A DNA stretch of 64,000 nt from the human T2T-CHM13v2.0 reference genome, Homo sapiens, in the NCBI RefSeq assembly GCF_009914755.1, contig NC_060940.1; one strand, written 5' to 3'. The notes under the pieces are model-generated. The model was not told the origin of the DNA. It was given only the letters and a program-made list of their open reading frames with translations, and made no database searches. Positions 32,895 to 49,342 of this stretch are shown piece by piece; the first letter of the stretch is position 1, and the number at the start of each line of letters is the position of its first letter. Position numbers and translations under genes: made by a program.

Positions 32895-33243
32895 TTTTTT
32901 TTTTTGTTTTGTTTTGGTTTTTTGTTTTGTTTTGTTTTGTTTGAGACGTAGTCTTGCTCTGTCGCCCAGGCTGGAGTGCAGTGGTGCGATCTTGGCTCAC
33001 TGCAACCTCTGCCTCCCGGGTTCATCAAGTCATTCTCCTGCCTCAGCCTCCCACCTCAGGATACCGAGTAGCTGGGACTACAGGCGCATGCTGCCATGCC
33101 CAGCTAATTATTTGTATTTTAGTAGAGACGGGGTTTCACTGTGTTGCTCAGGCTGGTGTTGAACATGAGCTCAGGCAACCCGCCTGTCTCACTCAGCCTC
33201 CCAAAGTGCAAGGATTACAGACGTTAGCCACTGCGTCCGGCCA
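32895..33243 (-). mobile_element. Alu with (GTTTT)n tail
   Basis: TSD aaaaggaggt. Confidence 0.9.
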
Positions 33244-33528
33244 AAAGGAGGTGTTTTAAACAATCTGAGGCACCTACAGATGGAACATGTTGCCAGGTGA
33301 AGCAGTGGGAGCTACACTCATGGAGATGCCGGGCAGCAGCTGGGGCCATGGCTGACGCAGCCGGGACAGTGCGTGCATTAGGCTGGCTCTGGGGCCGACC
33401 CTGCACACTTGCTTCAACAGTCCCTGGGGGACTCTAGGTTGGAAAACCCCTGGTCTCTCTCTCAGAGAATGACTCAAACCCTCTCACCAGCACTGGCCCA
33501 GATACCTGGTCTTCCAAGGCATCCAGAG

Positions 33529-33690
33529 CAGTGCATCTCAGATTTTAATGTGCACACTAATCACCCAGGATTTTTATAAAAATGCAGGTTTTAATATAAG
33601 AGGTCTCAAATGGGGGCCCAATTTCTTTATTGCTTACAACCTGGGAGCACCTCTATGGCTTCCCTGAGGCCTACACTTTGAGCAGCAAGA
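33529..33690. mobile_element. MER5A1-like hAT MITE
   Basis: cagtgcatctcaga...aatcacccagga...acactttgagcagcaag. Confidence 0.6.
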
Positions 33691-33933
33691 ACTTCACAAG
33701 TGAGGCAGCATAAGCCCCAAGAGGGGAACCTGCTCACGGGTCCCAAAGCCCAGTCAACCATGCCACTCTGTGCACTGAATTTACTGGAGGTCAGATGCCA
33801 GGACTGACATAAGATACTTATCTTGGCAAGTCCTAATTATTCAAAAAAAATTGAATATTGCTATAAGGGATGGTTAACTCGAGATCAGTGATTACAGAAT
33901 CTTTAAAAAACAATTCAAGGAAAAATCGAATGA

Positions 33934-34245
<312 letters not shown>

Positions 34246-35631
34246 AACACAGGCCAAAAAGGTAATCAATGGTCTGGGCTTCATTTCAAAGAACCTCAGA
34301 TTAGCGCCACAGGTGATTCTGGAAGGTTCTCTCAGTAGAGACATTAATCACAGAAGTTAAGAGAGTGGAGCATGTGCTGACCAAGGAAGTGTGCATCAGG
34401 TAAGACCAGCGCTGGCCTGTGGGAAACACTGCCTAAAAAGCAGAGTCCCGGGGCCCCTAAGGCAGTCTCCACAGAGCGAGCACAGGTGGGTCTCGGCAGA
34501 GTCCCTGAGGCTTCCAGGAGCTCATCACAGTCCACCTTTCTGTTCACCTCGTTTGCACAGGAACCCCAGTCCAGTCAAATGCATGCCCTCACAAGCTGTG
34601 CACTGTGCAGACACTGTCCCCACTGTCTGAAATGTTCTTCCTTTGTTATTCTGTTTGCACTGGGCTCCACCAAGTCCCACCTTTCTCTACAAAGTAGTCA
34701 GGTGCGCTCCAATTCTCCTCGAAAAGAATGCTGATTGCACTGACTTGTCTCTACCTCGGTCCTTTGAGGGAGGTCACCCTTACGTTATTTTTAACATATA
34801 TATTGTCTTCAAAACCCAACCTTAAGCCAACGTAGGGTCAGATTCACATTTTCCTCTCTGGGTTCCTAACTCAAGAGTTCACACACGATAAGCATAATTT
34901 GCTTTGGGAGAAGAGAAAAAACAATAAAATTTACAAAAAGGATATTGCTGAAACCTTGTCAATCATACTTTTGTAAAAAAAAACTACCAAAACCTTGCAG
35001 CAAGTTAATCTAAATCTTCCTTGTGACTTTATAAAATCATCCTGGTAATATCTTACATTCTGACTAGTAGAAAACCTGTGGTTTACCACTTGAGAGAGCA
35101 TGCACAGAATCAATTTTCACAACACTCAGGCCGTTATAAGGATGGTTTAAAAAAAAAAAACCACATACGCTTCTTTTTTCTTTTAAAACAAAAACCACAT
35201 AAGTGTTTCTTAAAAAGAGAAATCACCAAAGTTTACAACTGTCATGGTAGTATGTACTAAAAACAAAAGATCCTCAAAAAGCCACACCCCCAAATTAAAG
35301 TTAAGAATAAAATTCTAGCTCATTATTCATAGAATATTGTATAACTACAAACTTGACAATGAATATTTTGGCACTTAAAGAGCCTATTACTGAAATGTGC
35401 CCTAAAACACAAGAAATTTAGCCATCACAATATACTAAAGAAAAAACTTTTACAGTAATGTGGGAGGAAAAACAGACTGTATTCCATTAGAACTACTGTC
35501 CCAAATATCTGGTTCTAGAAGACCCAGGATTCCAGAATGTCACTTTATATAAGAAATGTCCAGGGAAATTGTTTATTAATTCAAATTTTAGTCAATCAAA
35601 GAATAATTTAACTGACTTTTAGGAAACTGGC

Positions 35632-35913
<282 letters not shown>

Positions 35914-36062
35914 AGGAAACTGGCTTTTAAAGGAAACTCGTTGTGGTTCTTCTGTAGGGAGGCAGATAACAGGCCCCATTACCCTGGCATTTCTCTTCTC
36001 TATGACAGGGACACCCTGCTTTAAAGGAAGCAGGGTCAGCGTCAGCTCGCTGCCTACTCCCT

Positions 36063-36080
36063 CGCCGCCAGAGGGAGGTG
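36063..36080 (+). promoter_or_regulatory. CTCF-like motif
   Basis: CGCCGCCAGAGGGAGGTG compared with the core consensus CCRCYAGRKGGCR; one core mismatch. Confidence 0.4.
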
Positions 36081-37244
36081 GGCTGGACTCAGTAAAAGGA
36101 AAACCACGGGGGCTGTCACTGGCACGCCACTCCACAGTACTCTTAGGAACAAAGCACTTTTTCCATCTTTCCCTGGGCCACTCAGAAACAACCAGAAAGA
36201 AAAGCAGCACATGTTCTCCAGGCAGCTGCGGGGTCTTGAGGAAGGATGATCAAGAAGAATGAGAGGAATGAACACGTAATACACAAAACAGGGGAGGGTG
36301 GCAAGATGGCACAGACGAGATGGAGGAAGATGAGGAAGACTGTGCTGTGCTGGAAGGGTCGCTAAGGGTACAGCTCCAGCCAGAGGGGACAGGAGACTGA
36401 AGGGCACTTCCTAGCTGTCCGAAACTGAATGACACACCCAAAGACCACAGTTTTACCTCTAAAATGACAGGAAGATGGTTGAAAAACGGGAGGGAGGTTC
36501 ATCCTTCTTACTGCCTGAAGCCTACAAATGGCAGGGAGCCCCAGAGCCCCAGGCGGACCTCCCAACAAGCAGGGATCGCTGCGTAACCAGCCGTGCCGAG
36601 GGCTACAGACAACCTAGACAACGGCAAAACGACTGGGGTGATCAGGATGCAGCAGCCCTAGGGCAGAGGCTCTCACTGTGAAGCAGAGTGAACGTTTAGT
36701 TATACAAAGAGTTCTGGGGACCATAGCTCCACGTAGAGGGAAACCTTCATAAATGTCTGTGTGGGATTTTATACTGACCCAGACTGACTGACAGAGCCTT
36801 CAAAATTTACTTCAGGATAAGGGCTTTCCAATTCCAAAAGAAGTATCCCCTCTATCCCCCTCCCTAAGACGTCACTGCCATTATAGCGACATGGAATTTA
36901 AATTCTCACGTATGGAGTAACTGTCAGGAAATACCATGTCTTCGTGTTGGCTCAGTGAACAAAGTGACTCTGCTGTTCCATGCTGCTTCAAGTGCATGTA
37001 TGCAGGGGGCAGGGAGAGGGAGAGGCAGTGAGTGAGTCAGGGTCCAACATTATCACAGCCGTTCCTGACACGGAGAGCCCGCCTGCCCTCTGAGCTTGGC
37101 TGTACCTTGGGCTGCTGTCCGCCCTACCTCACCCTGCACTCCATGGCTCATAACCCCTGCCCACTCCCTACCTACTCTCTGAATTTTCTTTAGAAACAAC
37201 TTCTATTCTCATCTCCAAGCTTCTCTGCCCCCGTGCTCACTTAC

Positions 37245-37358
37245 TTTGTTGGTTTCGCTTGTCACTGGCATTTTTCAAAGGGAGGCAAACAGGACAGTCA
37301 TGTCGTGTGCAGTTCTTCCAATGAGAGATGATTTGTCGTGAAGATGCACAATGGGCAA
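37245..37358 (-). CDS. CREBBP: CREBBP exon 5 (114 nt, phase 1-1), C-terminal part of TAZ1 ([38 protein letters not shown])
   Basis: Translated by hand (absent from ORF track); acceptor ggtcatag|TTG, donor AAA|gtaagt. Confidence 0.97.
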
Positions 37359-38649
37359 CTATGACCAGAAAAACAACGAGATGTTATTTTTCTATCCAAA
37401 TCGTCACACTTTCAATTATACCTAAATTATAATGCCAGATTCCATAAGAAAATGGTAACAAGTGTAACCATAACACAGTATAGGCAGTCCTCAACTTACA
37501 AACAGGCTGTTTTCCAAAAAGTTTGTAAGTTGACTGTTGAGAAATCCAAACAAAACTTCCCCTAGAAGCAATGTTATGAAGGATGGGTGATAAAGGGCAG
37601 CCCACAAAACAAAACAAAAACTATTCAACCTGGAATAGCGAACAACTGCAATGAAAGGTAGAACAAATAATAGTTCTGTGATGTCACTATTTAAAATAAA
37701 AATGTTCAATTATGTTTCAAGATGAAACCACCTAAATACTACAGTGAAGAAATACAGATAGAGAAGCAAATGAGAAGTCTGTAGAGATTCTGAAAGGGAC
37801 TCTGGGCACTTGGTGAAGAAGTACTCGAGAGGCTAACTGACCCTGGTTATTCCGTCTTCATCTTCTAAAGGTCTAACCTTACCCTTCTCTGCTTCTCTGT
37901 TACAACAGGGTTACTCTGGGGACTCACAAATGTCACAACGGGAGACGGGGAGACCAGGGGGAGATTCCCCTAAGTTTATGAGCATAAGCAGAGAAGGAAA
38001 GAGAATAAAGATTAAAGGAAAGTACAGCTGTTAATAAGAAACACTTCCTTCGGTAGAAATGAGGTGTCTGCGGTAAAAGGGGAGACAGAGGGCACGTGAA
38101 GTGCCTAGTTCACCACCCCCCCTGGGATGATACAGTGCATAGTTCCCCATGTCACTGCCAGTCACCCAGGACAACTTCGCTGTCATCCGCACTTGCCTCA
38201 AGACACAGGACAGAGGAGCAAGGCCGCAGGCCACCAAGACAGATGTTGGGATGCAGGAAGGGCGTGTGCCTGCACGTGCCTGTGCTATGTTCATTGCCCC
38301 AAAAGAAAACCACAATCTAGACATTCACAACAAAGACAGTGCTCAAGAAGTGACCAATGTCTTCCGTGACAGAGGAAGGAGGAAAAGAACAAATACGGGG
38401 CACAGCTTCAAGCAGCAGAAGTTCACAGAGTATCAGAAAACCAAATCGCCTTTCTCTTCAGCAGATAAGACTTCCTGGAGCACCTGACTGTCGTCGCGTG
38501 GGGAACGTGAGCGCAACATGTCTTGCCACACCCAATGGAAGGCAGCACTCAGGCTGCCGGAGCCTTATGAACCAGAGAGCTGCTGTAAGAACAATAAAGG
38601 CAAATTCTTCCTGACCTCTACCACTAGGAGTTCCAAAAACAGCACTTAC

Positions 38650-38890
38650 CTTGGCAGGCTTTCCCAGCCTGACAATGCGTCATGTGATTCAAAACGTTTT
38701 TCATGGTTCGACAATGCGGGAGCGAGCAGGCCCGAACCTCTCCGTTTGCTTGCTCTCGTCTCTGACACTTATGAGCATGAAGCAGTAGAACCAGCTGCTG
38801 CTGTATCAGTTTGCGTTTTTCAGGATCTGCAGTGGGGCCTGTTGCAATTGCTTGTGTGGGTACAATTCCCACTGATGTTTGCATCTGAGA
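38650..38890 (-). CDS. CREBBP: CREBBP exon 4 (241 nt), N-terminal part of TAZ1/CH1 zinc finger ([25 protein letters not shown]...[12 protein letters not shown])
   Basis: Acceptor ttattttag|TCT, donor AAG|gtaagt; ORF 38624..38884. Confidence 0.98.
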
Positions 38891-39308
38891 CTAAAATAAA
38901 GCAAAATAATAAAAATACTTTAACCTCTCAGAGTTCCAAGTCATATTCATTAATTATTTCTCAAACAAAAGCAAAAGCTGATGGATAATACCGACCACAG
39001 AGAGAAGGCTGGTGTAGTTCTCTAACCCACTGATGACTTTAAGAAGATCCAGCAGCACAGAAATCAACCCAACTCAGCAGCAAGGCTGATTCAAGTTCAC
39101 TTGTATACAATTATCATCCAAGCAAGACAATGGCTGGCTCTTCACTGTAGCAACCAAAATCCAACTCACTCTACAATATACACAACTACAGGAAAAGCTG
39201 TGTACTATACCAGCTGGACCATATGAAACTGCTGTTTCTGTAGGTCCCAAATGGCCAAACACTGGCAATTTCATAGGGTACAACCTAATTAAAAAGATTG
39301 CCAAGGCC

Positions 39309-39687
<379 letters not shown>

Positions 39688-40387
39688 TCAGAGCCACCTT
39701 TTGGATTTCATTATCACATGACTAGAAGGACAATGCGTGCAGCTTGATTTCACAGCAACCATTACCTCTCCTAAAAGAATAATGACAGTTAGCCTTAATA
39801 CAACCACCCAGTGCAATGGGAAATGCATTCTTGTCCTATGCTTTGTTTTTCATTACAATTTCCACTCAGACAGCTGACAATTTTTAAAGATTTGGTGATC
39901 TGCTAAAAATACAGAAAGGGTTTGCTTTCAGTTGCCTGAAATAACAAGCCAGACCAAACAAACCTTTTAACAGCAAGGCAAATGGAAAAGGGGACCCATA
40001 GAGTCTTCTTCTTTACAAACTATAAGCATTCTTCAGATAAACTTACTGAAAAAGACTTAGGCAGTAAGAGAAGTGTTCCTAATGTGCAACAGTATCATCC
40101 ACAGTTCCGGGATTTCCAATTTTCTCTAGTACTCTGATATTTCCAGCTTGCTTCCACGACCCTCATTACCTCCCCTAAAGTACGCCACTCGGATTTTTTA
40201 AAAATGTATGAATCAAAACTGTATATTCACAAAGAGGAGAGAAAACTATACAAATAATTTTTAATGAATCAAAGCTCACTTTTAAAAGTTTATAGAGTTT
40301 TCTGTTTTGATTTTACCTTTATGAGAACTAGAAAATAAGTACGTAGAAAAGCTGGGTGGCTGGGCTTGGGAGCAAAACTCTTGGAAG

Positions 40388-40430
40388 TCTGAGAAGGACC
40401 CAAAGCAATTCTGAGAAGGACCCAAAGCAA
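40388..40430. repeat. 22-bp tandem duplication (TCTGAGAAGGACCCAAAGCAA x2)
   Basis: Read directly. Confidence 0.93.
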
Positions 40431-41516
40431 AATCAGCATCCTAGCTGAGAAGCAGAACACCATGAATGCAGGGCTCAACTCCTAAGAGAAAATAGCCTCT
40501 TATGTTTATTTTTTCCTGATTATAAAAGTATATATATACACTGCAGGAAATTTGGAAAGCTAGAGAACTACTACAGAAATAATTAACAACAATTAAAATC
40601 CCATTATCCAGGAGTCCACTACTAAAGCGTTGATAGGTTTTTTTCCCTTCTTTTTTCTATATAAATGTTTACGTATGAACCATAATCAATAGAGCCTCGT
40701 ATCTCCCCTGCAACACACATGTTTTGCTTAGTGTTTTTTCCATGTTCTGCCCCATACCACTAAACTGTCTCAGATAGTGGGCTGGAATGACTTGTAATGA
40801 ACAGCATGTTACTCTTTTAACTTTATACTCATTTAACTAGTTCTTGTTATGGGGCATAAACTGGAATCCCTGGCCCCTCCTTTATTTTTTATAACTGTAA
40901 ATAAAGCTTCAGTAAGCAAACAGGCCTTGAGCTGCCCCTGCAAGCATGCAGTACTGGTGTTAAGTCCACTGCTCAACTGGCTTATCCCTGTGGATTGGAA
41001 GGTCCATCGAGAAATCAACAGGAATGGAGATATGGAGGAATGGGAGAAACACAAAATGAGCCTCATTTAGGACTCTTTCTTTTACGTTTATGAAAATTTC
41101 AAACATACAGAAAAATGGAAAGGAAAGGATATCATCCTTACACCTAAGAAAAAGAACCATCCTTCTTGGGCATCAGCTAATACTGAGTCATATCCCAATT
41201 TCTCTGGTTGTCCAAAACATGTCTTTTAGAGCTGGTGTTCACAAATCAGGACCCCAAGAAGGCCCACATCCTGTATTTGGTTGTTTTTAAGGTTCTTAAT
41301 CTATTGTATCTTCCCTTTTTTTACTCCTGACACTACCTTGTTGAAGAGACCACACAGTTGTCCTCTCACTGTGTCTTAAAGTACAGAAATATCACATACC
41401 AAAAAAATTATATAAAAATTAGGCAAAAAATTTAGCTCTACAAGTAAATTATAACCAGACTGTTCTTAATTCACCAACAATTAACACACTGATTTCATTT
41501 GGGACTTAAAAATATT

Positions 41517-41949
<433 letters not shown>

Positions 41950-42641
41950 TGGCATGTATTTTTAATAGTGTCTTTTGCACTACACCTGACCATATGTCAA
42001 AACAGGATGGTTGGAAACTATATGGCAAATTTAAAATTTGTTCTGTTATTTGTCTACCTCTGGATGGAGGACAAATGCACAGTTTAATGAGCTCTACATA
42101 TTGTTTACAACATGCATCTCAAAAGCCATTCTGAGGGTGAATCAACAGTGGAATGGAAAATGTCTTATGTCCCTGTCTCTGTCTTTCCCCATGGAATTCT
42201 GTATATTTGTCTGGGACTAGCTTAGTTTTGCAAAGTACTTACAAATACAGGGGCACACTTAATTTCCTCCTCTCCCAGGCTGGTGTTCAATGAGCCATGA
42301 GAGTTAGATGTGAACTGCAGGTGGCCCCCAAATCTGTCAGAAGCATCCTTCAGACTTTCCCAACCTCCCTGCCCAGTTCCCACTGGCAGGCAGGCACTGA
42401 GGATGGAGGGAGAGTACTTCGGAACCTCCCTTTAAAGCACAGAACAAAGCCATCGTGGTGGAAGCTGCCCCAAAAGTAATCTACGTTTTGTGTGATTTTG
42501 TTTTTCTAAGAGCCAAGAAAATTTTGAAAAACAGTAAAAATAAAGGGGCAATCTATATTGCCAGATACTGAAACATACTATAAAGCTAATTTCTTTACTT
42601 AAGTCCAGAAACAGACATAGGTGTATATCAAATTAGCATAT

Positions 42642-42969
42642 AGAAGTCCCCCCTTATCCTCAGAGTTCAGGTTCCAACTCCCAGTGGATGCCTGAAACTT
42701 CAGATAGTACTGAATCCTATATATACTGTATTATTTCCTATACACACACCTATGATAAAGTTTAATTTATAAATTAGGTATAGTAAGAGATTAACATTAA
42801 CTAATAATGAAATAGAACCATTACTAACAATACACTGTAATAAAAGCTACATGAATGTGGTCTCTCTCTCTCTCTCTCTAAACACCTTATTGTACTGCAC
42901 TCACTTATTTTGTGATTGCTGGTAAGTGAAACCCCAGAAAGTGAAACCCCAGATAAGAGAGGACGATTG
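42642..42969. mobile_element. MER44B-like Tigger MITE
   Basis: agtcccccttatcc...cagtggatgcctgaaac...gaaagtgaaacc...gataag. Confidence 0.75.
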
Positions 42970-43299
42970 TCTCCTAAAGGTGGTGCTTTACATTCAAGAG
43001 TGGTGAGGCATCTTTGATCCTTATCTTCCCTTTTATTTAAAAAAAAAAAAATTCACATGAACTAAAGTGAATAAAAATGGCTTAAAATGGAGAAAAAAAT
43101 TTAAAAACTTTTAGGACATGAGGATGAGAAAGCCTTCTTAACATAAACACATAATGGAGTTTAAAAAGTGAAAAACTGCGAGCAAATTGGTTGATCTTTT
43201 ATGCAAATGCTCTCAGGAAAGAAAGGATACTATCCCACTAAAAAATTGGGCAAAGAAAATGCAGACACCTCACAAAACACAAAGAAACGACAAACACAA

Positions 43300-44605
43300 A
43301 AATGTTCTACACCTTGGTGCTGAGGCAACACAAGGGAGGGAGGGATCGTTTCTCAATGACAATGAGGAGGAGCACAGGCACTGGACAGCCCAGGCAGAAG
43401 GATGCAGGCAGCCTCCTCTCTACCTCCCACTCAAAAATGAACTCAAGGTGGAGCAAACACTTCAACGTAAGAGTGACAATCGTACCATTCACAGAAGAAA
43501 ACCGAGAATAAATCTTCACGACCTTGGATTAGGCAGTTTCTTACTACGTCACCAAAAGTGCAAGTGATAAAAGAAAAATAAACTGATTTCATAAAAAATT
43601 AAACTTTTATGCTTCAAAGGATACCATTACAAAATAATGAACTGTGAAAGTGGAAAGTGAAAGAGAAAATATTTGCAAATCATAGGTCTGATAAAGCACT
43701 TGCATCTAGAACATATTTTAAAAACTCTTACAACTCAGTAATAAAAAGACTAATAGCCCAATTAAAAAATAAGTGAAAGCTCTGAACAGTTATTTATGCA
43801 AAGAAGATACACGAATGGCCAATAAGCACATGAAAAGATGTTGAACCTTATTAGCCATTAGGGAAATGCAAGTTAAGACCACAGTGAGATACCACTTCAC
43901 ACCCACCACATGGCTATAATAAAAAGTCAAATGCTAACCAATAGCAACAGGGTGGCCAGGACGTGGAGAACCTGGAATCCTCATACATTGGTGTGGGAAT
44001 GTAGAAGGCAGCAGCCACTCTGGAAAACAGTCTGGCAATTCCTCAAAAGGTCAAACATAAAATTACCACATGACCTCTGCAATTCCTATTTTAGGTATAC
44101 AACCAAAAGAACTGAAAATGCACGTTCACACGAAAACTGTAAAAAATGTTCACAACAGCCTTTTACAAATAGCCAAAAAGTGGATACAATTCAAATGCCC
44201 ATCAAGTGATGAAGGGAAAAACAAAACACGGTGTATAACCAAAACGGAATATTATTCAACCGTAAAAAGGGAAGTAACCACACATACTACAACATGAACT
44301 CCGAAAACATGCTTCGTAAAAGAAGCCAGTCACAAAAGACCACATATTCTGTGATTCAATTTCTAGGAAATGCCCAGAATAGATACATCCATGGGGGTAG
44401 AAAGACTAGCGGTTGGCTGGAGATGGGGGTTCAGGGGAAATGGGGAATAACTGCTAATGGTACTAGGTTTCTCTTTGGAGTGGTGAAAATGTTTCAGAAT
44501 TGACTGTGGTGATGGTTACACAATATACTAAATACCACTCAACTGTACACTTGAAGCAAGGACTATATGGTACATGAATTATATCTTAAAAAGCTGTTTT
44601 TAAAA
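43300..44605 (+). mobile_element. L1MB-type LINE-1 3' fragment (degenerate ORF2 end and 3' UTR), flanked by older L1M remnants
   Basis: ORF2-like peptide PLWKTVWQFLKRSNIKLPHD; agaagccagtcacaaaagaccacatatt; ends gaattatatcttaaaaagctgtt. Confidence 0.85.
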
Positions 44606-45389
44606 AGTTCTTACTAATCACTAAAGGAATAGAAATAAAACAATGAGGCATGTTTAATCTATCTATATGGCCAAGATTTAAAAAATGCTAATTGGTATTG
44701 ATGAGGATATAAAGAAATGGCAATTCTCAAGTACTCTGGCAATTCGGTGTAATTTTGGAAAGCAACATGTATCAAAAAGAAAAACATGCATTTCTTTTGA
44801 CAGTAACTCCACTTCTCATGATTCATTGTTAAGGAAGTAATTGGACAAGTATGTTAAAATATGTGTGCAAAGATAATGCATCACATTCTGATTAAATATT
44901 GAAAACTGGAAAAAATTCTAAATGTCTATTAAAGGTGGACTAATTAAACATCCTATGGCTACAGACTTATAATGAAACAAGAGGCACCCATGAAAAATAA
45001 GGCAGACCTCAAATAACCCCTGTCAAAGCCATGTGGAGCAGGGGAATGGGCCAGCCAAGCCCTGTCTGAATTTGTGGGAGAAAACATCCAATGACTGTTA
45101 TTTAAGGCAACGAATTACTAACAACAATAAGGCAGACCTTTATGCTTTAACAAAAAGCTGTTTAAGTGACTACTATTTTAATACCAAAAAGCATTCCATT
45201 TTGGGGGGAAATTCCCGAGAAAACAAAATCAGACGAATCAGTAAGAAAATGATGAGGAACTAAATATAAAAAATTAAATTGTAAAAGTATGGGAAGGTAA
45301 TTAAGGTGGGTACTTTGTTACGTAAAGGCAGTAAAGGCTTTAGTCACAGAACATAAAGCAGTGTTCCTCACTATTACCAGTAAAAATTC

Positions 45390-47678
<2,289 letters not shown>

Positions 47679-48453
47679 TATTCCTTAAATTTTAAAAGAA
47701 TCTAACATGCATTTTTATTAGGACTGTTATTGCTACATAGGTTTTGGGTAATTTAGCCCCAATGCCATTTTTCCTATAGTGCCTGTATTCTATGCTAAGG
47801 ACATAACAGAGATGTGCATACAGAATGTGGATAATAACGCTTATCCTCACATTCCTCACAAAAAAATAAGTCATTTTTTACTGTGTGTCCAAGAGTAGGT
47901 TATCATGTCTTCAAAGGACCCTGTGTTCCAAACAGCAAGAGACTGACCAAGAAAGAACAAGGAAGGACAGTGTCACCCCTCTGTGCAGCCAATGCCCCGG
48001 ATCCACACCAGGCTGGGATTCCTGCTGCTCGTCCTCAACCTTCCACATCGCAACAGGGTCCAAACCTATGCTCCTCGGATACTCCCCCACCCACCTGGAA
48101 ACCTGACTCCTCCACAACCTCCACCTAGAATCAGAAAACGATACCAAAGCGAACATCAGGCAGAACAAGGGCTGGCTCTGCAATAACCACTTGCTCAGGT
48201 TCCCTCATAAGGACCTACAACAGCTGGGTATGCAAAGCTGTGGCGCCATAAAACAAAGAAAATGCTCATTAAATGTACACAGCTGCCAACCTGGGAAGAA
48301 GCGATAATCACCTCAGAGGTGATAAACTGGTAAGAAACACAACATAGCTATTTTCATAGAGGAAATGTTTCTTGTGTTTTCTTCTTTTTGCTTTGTGTTT
48401 ATTGATTTTTTTTAAAAAAATAAGATTATCTTAAAATTTAAGATCTAAATTCA

Positions 48454-48900
<447 letters not shown>

Positions 48901-49047
48901 TCAGGGTAAGAAATGTGGCCAAGGGCGAGGGACTTGCCACTCCCTCCCCACTCTCTTCCTGGACCCACAGCCACAGCCTTCAGAACCCAGCATTCTACCT
49001 AGAAGGGGTGGGAGTTACTTGTTACAGCACAAAGAAAACCTATAAGG

Positions 49048-49342
49048 TGGCCGGGAGAGGTGGCTCACACCTGTGATGCTAGCACTTTGGGAGGCCCAGG
49101 TGGGTGGATCTCCTGAGCTCAGGAGTTTGAGACCAGCCTCAGCAACATGGCGAAACCTGTCTCTACCAAAAAAAATACAAAAAATTTGCTGTGCATGGTG
49201 GCACGTGCCTGTGGTCCAAGCTACTCGGGGGCTGAAGTGGGAGGATCGCTTGAGCCTGGGAGGAAGAGGATGCAGTGAGCTGAAGACTACACCACTGCAC
49301 TCCAAATGGGGTGACAGTGAGACCCCAGCTTAAAAAAAAAAA
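49048..49342 (+). mobile_element. AluJ
   Basis: Diverged Alu dimer. Confidence 0.9.

Noticed and set aside
38518-38988. 156-aa plus-strand ORF
   Set aside because: Antisense shadow of exon 4, with no independent support
42924-42953. 15-bp direct repeat aagtgaaaccccaga
   Set aside because: Intrinsic subterminal repeat of MER44, not an independent element
43910-44503. ORFs resembling the LINE-1 ORF2 C-terminus
   Set aside because: Frameshifted, truncated L1M fossil that cannot be active
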